DNA of 62,022 bases, counting the filler, from Choristocarpus tenellus KU-1152 (lineage: Eukaryota > Protista > Phaeophyceae), in assembly GCA_964200185.2 (NCBI GenBank). It is 8 parts of 8 records of this genome, joined end to end, with 100 filler letters (N's around TTAATTAATTAA, not from the genome) between each part and the next. Parts side by side here need not be neighbours in the genome. Positions count along the whole stretch, not along the records: positions 54,888 to 62,022 come from CAXNAD020006632.1; 7 more parts are not named here. One strand, written 5' to 3'. The notes beneath the pieces are model-generated. The model saw only the letters and a list, made by a program, of their open reading frames with translations, was not told the origin of the DNA and searched no databases. Numbering within the stretch: position 1 is the stretch's first letter; the number at the start of each line of letters is the position of its first letter. The translations under genes were made by a program, and so were the position numbers. Below, piece by piece: positions 61,412 through 62,022 of this stretch.

Positions 61412-61998
61412 AAAGGCTATGACAAACATATACTCCAGAGAATTTTTTCATGATTCTACATTTCTACTTCATGTTGGTAGGAAAAATCAGCATACATAAT
61501 CAAAATCTTAGTAAGGTTTGATATTATGTGAAGAGTCCCTGGCTATAAGAGACGACTATTGCAGAGACGGTACTACTGCTACTTCATTCAGAGGGTGAAA
61601 TAACCACCTGCACAATGCGATCCCGGTGTTTGTCCAACAGCCGGGGACCATACTTGGTCAGAAACTTGTCAGGGTGCCACCGAAGGCTGGCAGCCCTGAG
61701 AGCAACCTTTCCCCTCCAATAATGGAGGATGTTGTGCGAAGGGCATCATTGATGGAGGGTCAGTGAGGTCCAATTCTTGTTTATTATCAACGATTTTTTT
61801 AGAAGTTCTTGCTGTTCTTTGCTTGGATAGATCTGACCAACGATTTGGAAATATAATGCACTCTTTTTTCAATTATTGCGCATTCTTTCGATAATTGCTG
61901 GTCCAAGCTGGTCAATTTACTCACTTTCGTCACAACTGGAGGATTGATTATTGAAGTTAAGGATGTCAATTGGGCCACCAACCGCACCAACCACTTGA

Positions 61999-62022
61999 GA
62001 CCCAAAGTATCTGGGAGGGGGG
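61999..62022 (+). mobile_element. Left TIR of B-like MITE at window end
   Basis: GACCCAAAGTATCTGGGAGGGGGG. Confidence 0.65.

Larger units (their letters stand above)
60100..61990 (-). pseudogene. hAT transposase relic interrupted by nested MITEs
   Basis: IFPNRWS, DLYWW, PDTSSTAQSNNHQHMG...TKTCRWPMVKIKMIL (cf. PATSAxxERxFSxMG...TKxRNRL...KxKML). Confidence 0.5.

Overview
This is eukaryotic nuclear DNA, not prokaryotic. It comprises eight draft contigs joined by seven artificial 100-nt linkers (N44-TTAATTAATTAA-N44), so adjacency across linkers is not biological evidence. GT-AG spliced genes, TTAGGG repeats and the transposon repertoire suggest a stramenopile, possibly a brown alga or relative; this is inference. 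The window is mostly transposon remnants. These include about 11 copies of a ~258-bp MITE with GAG...CTC termini and mostly 4-bp TSDs (Sola2-like), two related MITE families sharing the GRGTCAAAGTA end, a spliced Sola2-like transposase relic, an internally deleted Copia, a DD39D-type mariner relic, an IS630/Tc1-like relic, an intron-containing PIF/Harbinger transposase pseudogene, and many old hAT fossils. Recognisable host genes are a Kelch/coiled-coil gene fragment, a J-domain gene with a long disordered tail, a helicase-associated-like domain exon and a membrane-protein gene. The most unusual items are (i) a spliced ParB/Srx-domain + HTH gene with nearby palindromes, (ii) telomeric repeats written into the ends of MITE copies, and (iii) a candidate Sola2 transposase whose own intron carries the MITE. 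All protein family calls were made by eye from motifs; no searches were run.
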